Assembly (NCBI GenBank): GCA_029953675.1
Contig: JAMWBK010000003.1
Span: forward strand, 620,001-684,000
Reading direction: 5' to 3'
Origin: Rhodosorus marinus CCMP1338
Lineage: Eukaryota > Plantae > Rhodophyta
DNA length: 64,000 bases
Below the pieces are notes generated by a model. The model ran no database searches, was not told the origin of the DNA, and saw nothing but the letters and a program-made list of their open reading frames with translations. Below, in pieces: positions 24,911-37,337 of the stretch (position 1 is its first letter; each line of letters starts with the position of its first letter). Both the position numbers and the translations under genes were made by a program.

Positions 24911-25839
24911 ATGGGTTCGAAACTCCCTCATGCGACCGTCTCGGCGGCGGTGGCCGAGATTTTGGCGGAAGCGAAGGAGAAGAAGAGGAACTTCGTGGAG
25001 ACAATCGAGCTTCAGATTGGGTTGAAGAATTATGATACGAAGAAGGACAAGCGTTTCTCCGGGACGATTAAGCTGCCCCACGTACCGAGACCGAGATTGA
25101 AGGTGAGGTTTCCAGCTTTTGCATAGTTGACTCTACAGATTGAAGTTTGATGGTGGGAGTATTAGCTGAGGAGGGGGGCGGATCATTGCTATTGAACAAG
25201 GGGATATCGCACTCACGTCGATGAGTATGGATTGTTGAGCAGTTTGTTTTCGCTTTGTTTTCTTCTCTTGTAGGTTGCAGTGCTCGGAGACGCGCAGCAC
25301 GTAACGGAAGCTCAGGCGCTTAATGTTGATGTATATGATGTTGATGCTCTGAAGAAGTTCAACAAAGCCAAGAAGCCGATCAAGAATTTTGCTAAGAAGT
25401 ACGATGCCTTCTTGGCGTCTGAATCTATCATCCGTATTATCCCGCGTATCTTGGGACCTGGACTGCTGAAGGCTGGCAAGTTCCCTGCCCTTTTGACTCA
25501 CTCGGACTCGATGGACGATAAGGTAAGTGAAACTTTGAGCACGCTTTGTCGGCATCGACAGTCTTTTCCTTCAGGCAGAAGCGGTTCATGCGCTGATAAT
25601 TCTGCTGTTCGTCCTTGCTCGCGTAGATCGGCGATTTGAAGAGCACCATCAAGTTCCAGTTGAAGAAGGTTTTGTGCCTAGCTGTTGCGGTTGGAAACGT
25701 TGAACAGAGTGAGGAAGAGGTTATCGCGAATGTTACCCTAGCCGTCAACTTCCTGGTGTCCTTGTTGAAGAAGCATTGGCAGAATGTTAAATCGCTCCAC
25801 ATCAAGAGCACTATGGGAACACCAAGACGGCTGTTTTAA
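24911..25839 (+). CDS. RPL10A: 60S ribosomal protein L10a (uL1), 3 exons (24911-25102, 25274-25522, 25627-25839)
   Basis: [19 protein letters not shown]...[61 protein letters not shown]. Confidence 0.97.
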
Positions 25840-26062
25840 GTTGTTTAAATCTCTTCTTATCTTCGTTGAAACAATACATATGACTATCTAGACTGCAAAA
25901 ACTCGCCACTCGTCTTCACACGTTGTGCGCGCGGCTCCTGTTAGTCCTCGTAGAGGTCTAGCTGAAATAGCACTCGAAAATTCCCATCAACTCGAGGAAA
26001 GCGCGTCAGGTTCGCTCCGCCTGATCGATACTCTACTGGCTTACGCCGGTGCGGAACTTGGT

Positions 26063-26116
26063 GCACTTTGCCATAGAGAATTTGCTGCGAGAAGCAAATT
26101 CTCTATGGCAAAGTGC
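26063..26116. repeat. Perfect 24-bp inverted repeat (hairpin), 6-nt loop
   Basis: GCACTTTGCCATAGAGAATTTGCT-gcgaga-AGCAAATTCTCTATGGCAAAGTGC. Confidence 0.95.
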
Positions 26117-27407
26117 TACCAAAGTCATGGGCCGTGGGAGGATGAACAATGTTTGAGTCGTAGAGCATTGACGGAACTCTTTCATTGGGAGATGAGGAGC
26201 TAGCACAAACCCTACTCGGACGTGACTCTCGGGACTGGACCAGCCTACGACTGCATACCCGCTATGGCCAGCCTTCTCTCTCCGACATCGAGACTCGGGG
26301 CTAAGATTTTGTATAATATCCAGAATTGGTTGACATGGCGAAGGATTTTGGAGAGCCTCAAAGGATGTGGTGCAATCGCCTCTAGAGACTCATTCCAAAT
26401 CCCTGCGCACCAACCACCGCCACATCCAGTCGGTTTTGGAGCTCAATATTTTTCAGATATCTATTTACGCACTACCTTAATCTAAAACGATACATTCTCA
26501 AGCTACCCTCATTTTCTTTTTTTTTCATGTACAAAGTACGTTCTAATATAGAAAGTATTTCCATAATTCATCTAAAAGCAATAAAATTACTCCCAAATAT
26601 CCAATATCTAGAATAAAAATATTCTAAATACTCTCGCTGCCGTCTGATTTGGAGTCGAGAAATCAAATCAATTCTAGATCTATTTTTTTCCAGATAAAGA
26701 ACCTCTATGACTCAGATCTTCGACAAGCGACAACATATTATTCAAAAAATAATAATAATATGTGCCGATTAGCTAATGGAAGGTCTCTAATTAAGTATCT
26801 ACAATCTTGTTTTTGACGTACTAAACGCGGAGGGGAACAGAGGGGGTTGAAAAGGACTAGTAAAAACGGGGTTGGACAATAAAACGGTCATCCAAAACCG
26901 ATAATAAAAACGTGTTTTTCACATATATATATATATATATATATATATAGGGGGGAGGGGCAAGGAGTCGTGGAGGGCGATTTGTGAAAATTTGGTTATT
27001 GGGATGGGGAAGGGCTTTGGGATGTTACGATTGCTGATAGAGATGGGCGTTTGGGAGGCTAGGAAATGAAGAGGGTTCCTTAGGAAAGAGCGAGGAGAAC
27101 AGTTGTTCAACGTTAAAGTTGTTAGTTAGGATCTGGGACTAGCGTTAGGTACTTGGTGGGCGGGAGAGGGGTGGGGCGGGGGGCGGGGGGGGGGGGGGCG
27201 GAAAGGAGGTCTCTTGCAGTTTTCCTTGGGGATCTCGGTTCAGGTTTGAGGCTGGAAGTCTTGTTTTCTTGTGCGGATTTTTTTTTCATGTTTGGGGATT
27301 TATGTGGTGATTGGAGCTGTTGGTGTTTTTAGGTGTGTAGTCGCTGGTAAGAAAAGGCGGGACCCTTTTGGCATCCGAGGGGGTGTTTGGTCTAGGTTGG
27401 ACACTTA

Positions 27408-27941
27408 ATGAGCGCGGATGTAACAGGGGAGAAATTGGGCACTGGATCAACGCCGGGGGGGAGGAAAAAGCTCTCTGGATCCAGAGCACGGCCCAATAAT
27501 CTGCAGTATGTCCGTCCCCAGTACAGGGCAGCGACCCCTCTGCCCGGGGACGGCGAGGCAGTCCCAGTTAGCAACGAGGAAAAAGAAGAGCAGATCCGGT
27601 TGTTAAACGAGCAGCAGGCAGCAAAAAGGGCTACGCTGGCAAATGAAAACTCGCAGTCGACGCCGGGTAAGGAGGAGGTCAACACTCACAAGGCCAACAA
27701 AGACGACATGTTCGCAGACTACGAGGAGGAAGACCATAGCAAGAATGTCACAGGGGGAACCGGTGAGGCCGGAGCTTCTTCACCGGCGGCTGATTATAGT
27801 ACGGCACCTCAGGAAACAATACAACCCGAGCAGAAGAACGTAAATCCTGAGGTTAAATCCGTCAATCAGAAGTCGCCGGAGCAAGCGAAACCCAAAGAAG
27901 CACAACCGACAAAGTCCGGTGGCTGCTGTGTTCTTCAATAA
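27408..27941 (+). CDS. Hypothetical disordered protein with C-terminal CC-CaaX (GGCCVLQ*)
   Basis: 177-aa ATG-initiated ORF rich in E/K/P/Q/S, ending in CCVLQ-stop. Confidence 0.75.
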   Translation: MSADVTGEKLGTGSTPGGRKKLSGSRARPNNLQYVRPQYRAATPLPGDGEAVPVSNEEKEEQIRLLNEQQAAKRATLANENSQSTPGKEEVNTHKANKDDMFADYEEEDHSKNVTGGTGEAGASSPAADYSTAPQETIQPEQKNVNPEVKSVNQKSPEQAKPKEAQPTKSGGCCVLQ

Positions 27942-28686
27942 TCTGCACATGAAGAGCACGGAGATGTGTTTTTGCTCCCACTCTCGCTAGTGCGTGAGGT
28001 TGTATCCTTTCAAGTTTTGTTTGCGGCGACCATATCCCATCCATTGCGGCTGTTTCACTTGCGTGGGATGCAGCAAGCCGATGCGTGCTGCAGTGTCGCT
28101 TCTTTATTTCTCGGGTAACCGCGAGCTGCTGTTTATCTTCTTGTTTTTGAGTTCCAATTCCCCAATTCCGCTCTTGTACCGAAGTCTGTCGGAGCGCTGT
28201 TGGTTTTTGTTGTGTTTTGAAGTTCCTCGGATGGCATGCTATAGATAGAATCCCCATTTTGATGTTTGGAACACGTTCAGTGATTAGATCGTCATTTATA
28301 TGAGTAAAGAAATACCAGAGTATTGGGACATCGTTGCGGTTCCAGTAAGGACGACCAGTTGACCTGAACATAGCAGTTTTCTCCTTTTTCTCAAGAGGGC
28401 ACAACTCCCATCGGGTGTAGAGTTCAGGCATCGAACCACAGGTGTTCTTGTGGAGGCATTCTGTGGTGAATTGTCCCCGTATACATACAAACACGAGCTT
28501 CTGACGTGATACCAGGAGGCGAAAGGTTTCATGCAGTCTCGCGAGTTGCTCCCCGCAGATATGAAAACGAATAGGTCGCGCCTTGAGATAGAACACAAAT
28601 GCTCTCTCCCTTTACGGAAGCCAAAGGAGAACAATGGACTGCCACTCGGCGGCCAAAAACACATGTTGGCGCAAGCAGCAAAAACA

Positions 28687-28760
28687 TGACCAATGAGAGG
28701 CTCGAACTCTCGACCTTGGAGTTATTAGCTCCACGCTCTAACCGACTGAGCTAATCGGTC
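28687..28760 (-). tRNA. tRNA-Ile(AAT)
   Basis: 74-nt cloverleaf GACCGATTAGCTCAGTCGGTTAGAGCG...GGAGCTAATAACTCC...GTTCGAGCC...TTGGTCA, followed by a T-run terminator. Confidence 0.95.
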
Positions 28761-28780
28761 ACTTACGTCCGCTAACAACC

Positions 28781-28842
28781 TTTAGCGTCCTTAATCTCAA
28801 CTCAAAAGTAACTTTTAGCGTCCTTACTTTCAACTCAAAAGT
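28781..28842 (+). repeat. Near-tandem duplication (period 33 bp) in the 5' flank of tRNA-Ile
   Basis: TTTAGCGTCCTTAATCTCAACTCAAAAGT (28781) and TTTAGCGTCCTTACTTTCAACTCAAAAGT (28814). Confidence 0.8.
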
Positions 28843-29085
28843 TAAGGTTCTGATTGGATTGACGAAAAAGAACGTCAATTCTTGCCATGCTTGTCCAATA
28901 AAAAATCATAGCCCAGTTCTAGTGCTTTATTATACTTTGAAATAAGTATGCATAGCTTGAAAGGTATTTACTTTTGCAAAATGCTTGTGTCGAATGACGA
29001 GCTGAAGCCTACCCGGTCGGTTGATTTTTCTTCTAAGAGGAAAAAGTTATAGAACATTCGGCAGACAACGACAAAAAAATACGAA

Positions 29086-29159
29086 TGACCAATGAGAGGC
29101 TCGAACTCTCGACCTTGGAGTTATTAGCTCCACGCTCTAACCGACTGAGCTAATCGGTC
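29086..29159 (-). tRNA. tRNA-Ile(AAT), second identical copy
   Basis: Identical 74 nt to 28687-28760, with a downstream T-run. Confidence 0.95.
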
Positions 29160-30586
29160 TTTCGCATTACGGGAGAAAAGTAAATTAAAATATACATTTA
29201 GTTTCAGGGGAAGATCTTGTTTCTGTCGTGAGGTTGATTGCTAGCTGACATGGGTTGTAAAGAGGAGGTTGCTTGAGAGAACGCTATTTTATCGCCTTGC
29301 TGGTATCGCTATCTCTGTATGTCGAACACCCGGCGCTGGAAATTCCCCGTGAGAGGAAGAATTCTTGTAGAGAGGAGGTGGAGGCGCAGAAGCGCAATAG
29401 TAGAAAGCTGAGAGAATTGTGGGCTTTTGAGGATCTGGTGCTCAATGGAGGTCCTCGGGAAGTCTCGACACAAGGGACGATACACAGTGACCGTACTAAG
29501 GGCGAATGGGACGAACTCCTGTGATGGGTCAGAGCCATGAGCGAGCTTGCGGAGGGTTTGTAAGACTCTCGTGGCCTACGATGAGGGAGTATTAGCTGCT
29601 AAGTTCCTGTTTCTCGGTTGGAGCCAACCTCTAAGGAAACAAGTTTCTCGGCTTCTGGTGCTGCTTGCTTCGGAACGGGGTCCTAGCAGATGAACATTAG
29701 CACGAGCCCATCGTCTCTTGGCTAGACAGATGACGTACCGCTCCAGGCATAGGGGCTCCACGTCTCATTGCGTGTAAGGCTCTCTTCAGACTTTTGCTTA
29801 AGAAAACGTACCCTGCTTATATGCCCAGAGAACTTTTTCACCAAAGCTCGATGGGGAAGTTCCGAACCTATTTTTGGCTCGAGTATCTTTCCGCCGAAGG
29901 TACTGAGACGCTCAAGTTCACTCCTTGCATGTGTACCGGGAGAACCTAACCCCGAGCAACCGGAGCATCTGAGAATGTTCGCATCCGCGGGTTTCTTCTT
30001 GTTGTTGTCATCTTGGGCTGAAAGTTTTGCCAAGATACTTAGAATTCAATTTCATTCATAGTACGACATCATCTGATACATAAAAGGACCGATCCTCTGT
30101 CAGGTTTAGACCAATTCCTTCGAAATGGATGAAATCCAATGAATACATAGAGCTCGAAAATATCCGATGCTTGAGGAATAAAAAGTCCACAGTATGCAGC
30201 ACGAACTTTAGGCATTCATGTTGTCCTGGACTCTATCACATGCAAACAAACAAGGAACCCCTAGCCCGCGTACTATTAACAAGAAGCGACTTTACCACGT
30301 GCGGGGCTAAACAATTTATGCTGTGTACGCACTAGCCCGGCCAAGCCGTAAGCTTTTACTAGTAAACTAGATAAAAGGATGCTCAATGAACCCTTCCGTA
30401 AAACCAAGTCCTCCTTTTCACAGTGCTTGGAGTGTTGGCGGAAGTCTCCCGCTCAGGTCATGTTCGTCGATGGCTCGGGAACAGCTCAATACATAGCTGC
30501 AGAGACTGCAAGAGAGCACAAGTAGAAATGGAAGAATCCAGACTAAAACAGATTTATTGATAGAAGAGAACGCGGAGGAAGTAGAC

Positions 30587-30657
30587 ACACCGTTGGTCTA
30601 GTGGTAGAATACGTCCCTGCCACGGACGAGACCCGGGTTCGATTCCCGGACGGTGTA
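30587..30657 (+). tRNA. tRNA-Gly(GCC)
   Basis: 71 nt. Acceptor stem ACACCGT/ACGGTGT+A, D-arm TGGTCTAGTGGTAGAATA, anticodon arm CGTCC-CTGCCAC-GGACG, T-loop GTTCGATTC, followed by a T-run. Confidence 0.95.
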
Positions 30658-32775
30658 CGCTTCTTTTTTCAAATATTTTACAATAGCGGTCTGCTCCTTG
30701 GAACGCGAATTGGCTCCCTTTGGCAGAAAGGAACAATCCTGAGGAACGGCTAATAAGCAGGGCATACATTGACTAGGCGAATGTGGGAAGACCCGATCTC
30801 ATGACGATGTAGGTATTAGAAGGAATTGTCTCCCCTCGGAGAAGACGCGAATCGTATGATTACAATGTCGGCCCCAGAATATCCTTCAGACCGAAACGAC
30901 TTTTTGTGGACACAGCCTCCGACATGTCTCGCGAATGGTATCAGTCTTGCGCTCCTAGAGCTCCCTCCTCGGCGGACTGGGGAGAAAGGTGACGAGAACG
31001 GAAACAAAGAGAGGGACCTTCGGGGGAATTGGCATAGCCTTGTTTCGAGAACAAGCACTCACTAGCAGATCAAGCCTTCTACTTCTGTGTTTGTACAATA
31101 CGGCAAACTCCCTTAGTTCCCTGCGCGTTCTTGCAGAAGAGCCGGACTAGGGGGCGTCTCAAACGCGTGCCCGCTTCAGGTCCGGAGGTCTCATTGTGCA
31201 CTGTTTGCTTTTGCTTGCTATTGCTGCCGGGGGCAGCTACAGAAAGTGTTCTATAAAAAAGCCTTTCTTCTCCTATGTCAACCATGTCCAAAAAACGCGT
31301 ACCGTCCTGGACAATTTGCATTTTCGAGATCCCTCGTACCATCAACAGCCATCTCATCTGTCCGCCAGCACAAACTGAATCGTCTCATAGAAGGCACGTG
31401 GGAGGAAAAATGACCTGGGTGTGTTTTGGCTGTGTTGTGCTCTCTTCTTCCAGTGATGATCTGTCGTTTGGTACGTCCTTGCCATCTAAACGATGGTTCA
31501 TCTCTGGCGCTTAAGACCCAACTCCCACAGCAGCGTTCAGACCTCCTCGGTTCTCGTTTCAAACTTCGGGTGAATATCAGTTGAACCAGTTTCTGACCTA
31601 CAGAAACACGCACTTTCTTCTCCTATGAGATGTGTACGAAGCTTTGTTAGCATTCTTCGTCCACCAGATTTGCGCGACAGGTGCGATCTCTTCAACGCGC
31701 AAGTGAGCATGGATGGGATGATACCTATTGCAGTGTGTTCGCTTGGGGTTTGGGGAGAGTTAGATGACTTTTGCGTAAATTTTGGCGTCGTCTTCTTATC
31801 AGTTTTTTGCGAGGAATTCCTGCTGGGTTAAGTCTCCAGGGAGAAGGGCTAGCTGGATCTGAGTGCCATAGGCATTTTTGCCGAGGAGATTAGGACGACC
31901 GGCGCTCTTCAAAGTGACGAAGCGAGAAAGCGGGAGGGTGGTTAGGGAGAGAGCAGTCGTTTGGTTTGGGGCTGGGAGGAAGTGCGACAAAGGTCCACTT
32001 TGTATTTTTTTTTTTGGTGGGGGGGGTGGTGTGGATGTGGTAGTGTGTTCTCGGGCGATTCCATAGTGAGATTTTTTCGTCACTTACGTAGTATTCTTAT
32101 CGAGGTTTGTCCGCGGGATTGCTAGGTCAAATCTACAGCAAGAAAGCTTATTTGGGTCTTGAAAGCATTGCCTTTTCAGCCCGTGGAAGTGCTGACCGGC
32201 TGGTGGTGAGGGTCTGGATCTTTAGTTGTTCCTTTTTAGGTTAGGTTGTTGTAGGTGCGCAGGTGGTAGAAACCATTAGTGGCGATTCTTCGTTTTTGAG
32301 GAAAGGCCCTGTCTTGTTAGAAGAAGTTGATCGTGAATCTCTAGAGCAGAACAGGTTTTTTTTTGTGGTTTGGGCGGAGGAGGGTTGGGAAGGAATGGCT
32401 TTGGGGCTGTGAGCGCCTTGTTTCGGTTGTCCTCGATTCTGTTTTGTTTGCTTGTTTGCTTTGCGAATTTGGTGGTCTCGTGGCAAAGGTCGTGGGTTGC
32501 TCAAGACGAGAGAAAAGGTTCACTTGAAGAACCGATGTTAACTCATTCGTGTAAGCTCTAGTTTGGAGGGATGGTGATTAGCGTGTTTTCTTTGAGGATC
32601 TTTTGAGAATCTTATTTTCTAGACGGATTCTGTGATTTCGTGCTTGTGATTGGTTTGGTTTCTTAGGAAGTTATTTGTTTTTTTTGCCGTCTTGTTGTTG
32701 TGGGGCTTCGCTTTGTTTTGAGTTGGGGTGAACTTATTTCGAAGCAGTCGTGTTAGAAAATCGGAGTCGTACACG

Positions 32776-34603
32776 ATGGGGAGTACCAGATTCCGATATG
32801 GAAAGATGGAGATGCTGAGAGTGCGCCAGTCAGCGCTCGTTTCGAAGCCGGATCCAGAAGAATTCGGAATTGCCTACTCGGAAGGAGCCGGTGAGAGGTG
32901 GGACGTCCGCTTGCTTCCAGACGGGAGGCTAAAACCTGAGGTTTTTGATGAGCAAGCGAGTACGGTGCGGGACGATCTCCGAGGATTTCCCAAGTCCCCT
33001 GTGATGAGGCAGGATTTCGGCAGACGGGGTAACATGTCGCCGCCGCAAGCAGAAAATGATCCTGGTCGTTTGCTGGTTCCTGTTGACGATACTTGGATCA
33101 AGTCACATCCATTAATAGGTTCGTCCGAAAGCCACAAGGAAACCCTGGCAACGGTACCGATACATATTCTCTTGTAGCTCAAGGTTGAATCTATATACTT
33201 AGGTGGCGGTCTCGAAGATGAACTCGAACCAAATCTATTACCGAGCCCAGGCCCAAGGCGCGACTTGCGGTAGGCCCTCCCAACGGAATCACATCATACC
33301 CGTAGTCTTGGAGTTGAAGTTTCAGGTTCGGTTTTGTTCTATTCTCAGGGGGCTTAGCAGGCGTGCTCCGTCGCCACCACCTGGCTTTTCACAGGTGCCA
33401 AACATGAGCCCACGAGCGAGCTCTCCAGTGGAGAAGAAAAGAATTTATAACAACAGAAGCCCTAGCCTGGGTGCGAGCGAAGCCGGGTTTAATGCTGGGA
33501 AGAAGCGCAACATTGCAAAGGGGCCTCAACCAGGTCAAAATTTCTTCCGAAGAAAACACCCGCATCTGTTTCAGGGCGGTGAAGATCGGTCAAGCATCCC
33601 CGCGCCTATGGCGCTCCCGCCGTCAGAACTCCAGGTTCATATTACAGAGAGACCAGAAACGAACAGTATGTTGGAGGACCTTATGGCACGCCTTGATGCG
33701 AGCTCCATCCAGGACGGGCTGCCAAAGAGCCCGCAGATTGCAGTTCCTGACATTGAATTAACCCAGCATACGCACATCGTGGAACCCAGTACAGAATACG
33801 TTCCAAACGGTGCGGGCGAGCAACTAGGGGTCGCGTTCGATCCTGTAGGAGACATCAACTTCAAGAATTTCTCATGGGCAGGTGGGCCCGCGGAGGAATT
33901 TGGCGATGACAATAGTACCCACGACCAGAGTGCGCCTAGTAGTTCAAGAGCTTTCGGACAGTGGTTTGGGGGACAGGCACCGAATCCTACGGACAGTGCC
34001 GACACTGAAGCAGCAAATTCGGCTCAAGTAATAGAAAACGAAGAGCTTTCCCCGAGCGTCGTATCGTTCTTCAACACTGTGAAAGAGCAGGCGATGATGG
34101 GCTCAACAAACACTGCGCCCCCGGGTTACGGTCCACCAATGCCAGAAGTTCGCGAACGAGAACCAGCGGGAGTTGTTTACGGTGTCCCTCCCGTGCATGG
34201 GGAAGTCGTCTATGAGGAACAGATTATTGCACAGCAGCTACAAGCACAAGCAGTTTACAACGCCCCTTCCATGGGAAACTTGGTGGCTCAAGGCCAGGCA
34301 GTCAGCGCGGAGGACTTCTTCCGTGCCGCCGCAGCCGTGGATACCACTATCAATCCTAGTGGAAACGAGGTTGCGCCGACGCATGCCGGCCAAGAGAACC
34401 CGGCGGTCCAAGATAGCGGGAACAACTTTACTCAAATTGAAATGATGCTCCGGTCTGGCTACAACTCAAGCTATATGGAACCGCAGGGTGACCAAGGAGC
34501 ACAACATCAGCCGGGAGATCTTCCATACCCAGCACATCCGATCACGGAGCCGACTCAGAAGAATGGAGGCGGACTGGAGAGGTGGTTTGGAGATCTGGCT
34601 TAG
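32776..34603 (+). CDS. Large disordered protein with an N-terminal eIF4E/4EHP-binding-like motif (4E-T/GIGYF-like). Inferred exons 32776-33118, 33203-33269, 33349-34603
   Basis: Long open frame with P/Q/S-rich composition, RFRYGKMEMLRVR near the N terminus, and phase-consistent GT-AG introns. The functional call is inference. Confidence 0.7.
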
Positions 34604-37337
34604 GGCAATGGTTGAACTATTGGTTCAAAACAAAGACAACCTGGAATGGTTGAAGCTGCTGTCAACATAGAGACTTTGATTTCTCTATTTGTGAGTCGAA
34701 GTCTTCATAGCGGCTTGATCGAAGACCGACGCGGAGGGAGGTGTAAAAAACAGACTTCAAAATGATCCGGAGAACATGACGTGCGGTTCATTGCGGGCGT
34801 TTTGTAAGCGAGGCAGAGCTGTCGTTGGACTTTCAGATTGCTGAAGAGAATGTACCCTAAGTTGATTATCAATGACTGCATCTGTGCCCTACATTCTTGA
34901 AGCCGCGTTCAAGTCTGTAGGCTGTGAGGAGGCGAAAGGAACACCATCCGCTCTTCGTGGCTGGGGACTCGCAAGCCCTGGTTGATATCCAGCTGTTAAT
35001 AGTGCGAAAAGTCCAAGGAAGGTTTTGGGACTTGTTGTGTGCTGAGTAGTAAATATGGCAGTGAATGAAGATGACTTTTACTTCAGTTGCTGACGAGAAT
35101 GGGGAACACTATAATTAGTGTAGCGCAAGTCCCCGCCAAATTCCTTTGAACGAGGTGCATGTTGAGCAACCATCCAAGAATACGTGGGAGCACAGTTGCC
35201 GCGGACAGTCCGCAAGTTGATTACGCGGATCCTCCATTACTTTCGCCTTTCTGAATCACGCTGTTCTGTTCAGATGGCACATTTCCGCATACACATGTTG
35301 CATTGGGATCGTTCCATCGCAGAGTATGGATCTGGAACGTATCATCTGTCTTCTTCGTCCACGTCGTCTTCGATTCTGACGCTTTGATGCTGCTTTATCA
35401 GTCCGAGATCGATTTGTTCTTGTCTCCTCTGCCTGTTGGACATTTTTCGAACAGAAGGCAACGACAATATCGACGATTCAGACTGTGTCAGACTGTGACT
35501 GGGAGTGCCTTGAGCACTATTTCGTTACACGAACTCACTTACCAGGCCGGTACCGATATACAATGGAGGTAACTCCTTACGTTTGCCATTGACTTATCCT
35601 TCAAGTACTTGTCGAGTTGATTTATGCACGGATCAACTCGCCCGCTGTAGTGATAAGGCTCTTGCTCAACGCCTTTTCCCTTTGCTTGAAGGCCTCGCTT
35701 CAGTCCTTTCTTCATACTGCGGTGGAATCCAAAAGTAGCCAGGAAACCGAACGACTCAGAAAATCGCTTATCAAGAAGCGCCTTAATGTCCGAGGAAAGA
35801 AAGGTGAAGAGCCCTTGCAGAAATACCCACCGAACTCCTTCAAATATTGCACCGCGACTTCCATGATATATCTCGCTCCCGTCTTCCTTCTGTTCGACCC
35901 ACGGCCTATCCATTTCCCTTGTGGCGCAGCTCCAAGCCTAACACCCGATGCTGATTGCAGTTTCGTACGAACGATGGCAAAACGCCAACGAAGCGAAGAA
36001 AAACTCTCAGATCATCAGCTTCTATGTTTGTTTCGATGTTAACGGAATTGCCAACTTTCTTCAAAGCCGACCAGTGCCCCAATCTAAGGAGCATAGCCAT
36101 TTCTCCCTAAGCCTTGACCCCACCCACCCCGGGGTTTACTACTGGAAAACTAACAACCCTGGTGGGTGTCCTACGAGATCGAACGGTCCTCTGGGTCTGG
36201 TGAGGTAAAAGTCTAGAGCAATTGAAGAAGGGGGCTGCGGCATGCCGGGTTACCAACACTAAACTGGCTTGTGGATGTGGGTACCAGCCTAGCGTGGAGA
36301 CCGACAAAGCAAAGAATCACCTGGATCAATCGTCTAAGAAACGAAGCAAGAGAAATGCTCCTTTGTTGAAAAAGGTGAACATGCTTCCAGATCGGAATGA
36401 AAATGAGGACAGCCTGTCCAACCCCAAAGCGGACGTGATGGCAGCGCGTCACTCTACCAGCTGCTCCCATCCTGATAGGTACGTACCTATCAATGCTGTG
36501 CAAAACAACCACAACAACATGGTTTTAGTAGTTGAGAGCGTTTTACTGATAAGCTAAGTTGGCGCTACACTCTAGCTAACTCCCTTTCCGACAACCGTTC
36601 AGTCAGACCCCTAGCCTACCCTGAGAACAGAGCAAAACAAGACCGCTGATGGCCGCACACGTCCACCAATTAAAAATCAGCGTTCGAAACGCCACGGAGT
36701 CGAAGATAGCTCCGTGAAGGGAGGCTATCAAAGACGCACTCGTCTTTCCACCCCTCTCCTTTGTCCCAAGCAAACACACCATTCCCAACCTCACCCCAAC
36801 CCCGCACACCACACCCAAAAAGATTGATATTCAATCATTATATGAAGCTCAATTTGGGGGATTTTTTATCGTCCCATAACGATTGATGCAATCATTTTTA
36901 AAACAAGTAATGTTCGTCTTGAATGAAGATTTCAGTCATTTTCGATCATTATTATTTAACGACGACGACGAGTGCTCTCCTCGTGGAGTCACCGGCGATT
37001 GGGGAAGTTGGGGAGGACATTTTTGCTTGGTGGTTGGTTTTTGTTGTGGGATTGAGGATTGCATTCTGTGTGGACTCTGGGGCTGGTTGTGGAGGTGTTT
37101 GTATTGGGCGGGGTGGGGAGTAAGAGGATCTTTCGGTTTAACTTTCCTCTTGTTGTTTTTGTTTTTGCTTTGCATCTTTTTGGGGGGAGAGTGAAGTTGT
37201 TGAAGCTTGCAAGGGAAGAACGAGGGGAAGGGGTGTTTTGGGGGGGGGGTGTGGGCGGAGGGAAGGGCGGAAGTTTGGGTTTAGGTTTTGTTGTTGTTTG
37301 CTTGGTTGGTTTTTTGTGTTTTCGGGGTGGAGTGAGG

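Noticed and set aside
26924-27200. (AT)n microsatellite and G-rich tract (possible G-quadruplex) upstream of the CaaX gene
   Set aside because: Homopolymer and dinucleotide runs are common throughout the intergenic DNA of this window, so nothing singles these out.
29200-32100. Short ORFs around tRNA-Gly (29273-29524, 29722-30033, 31079-31613, 31799-32083)
   Set aside because: No recognisable motifs and no consistent exon chain. They may hide an orphan gene but are unsupported.
35180-36560. Overlapping ORFs on both strands between the 4E-binding candidate and RACK1
   Set aside because: Several protein-like frames compete (e.g. 35539-35913 minus; ~35385-35568 plus ending at a GT donor) and none can be preferred from sequence alone.
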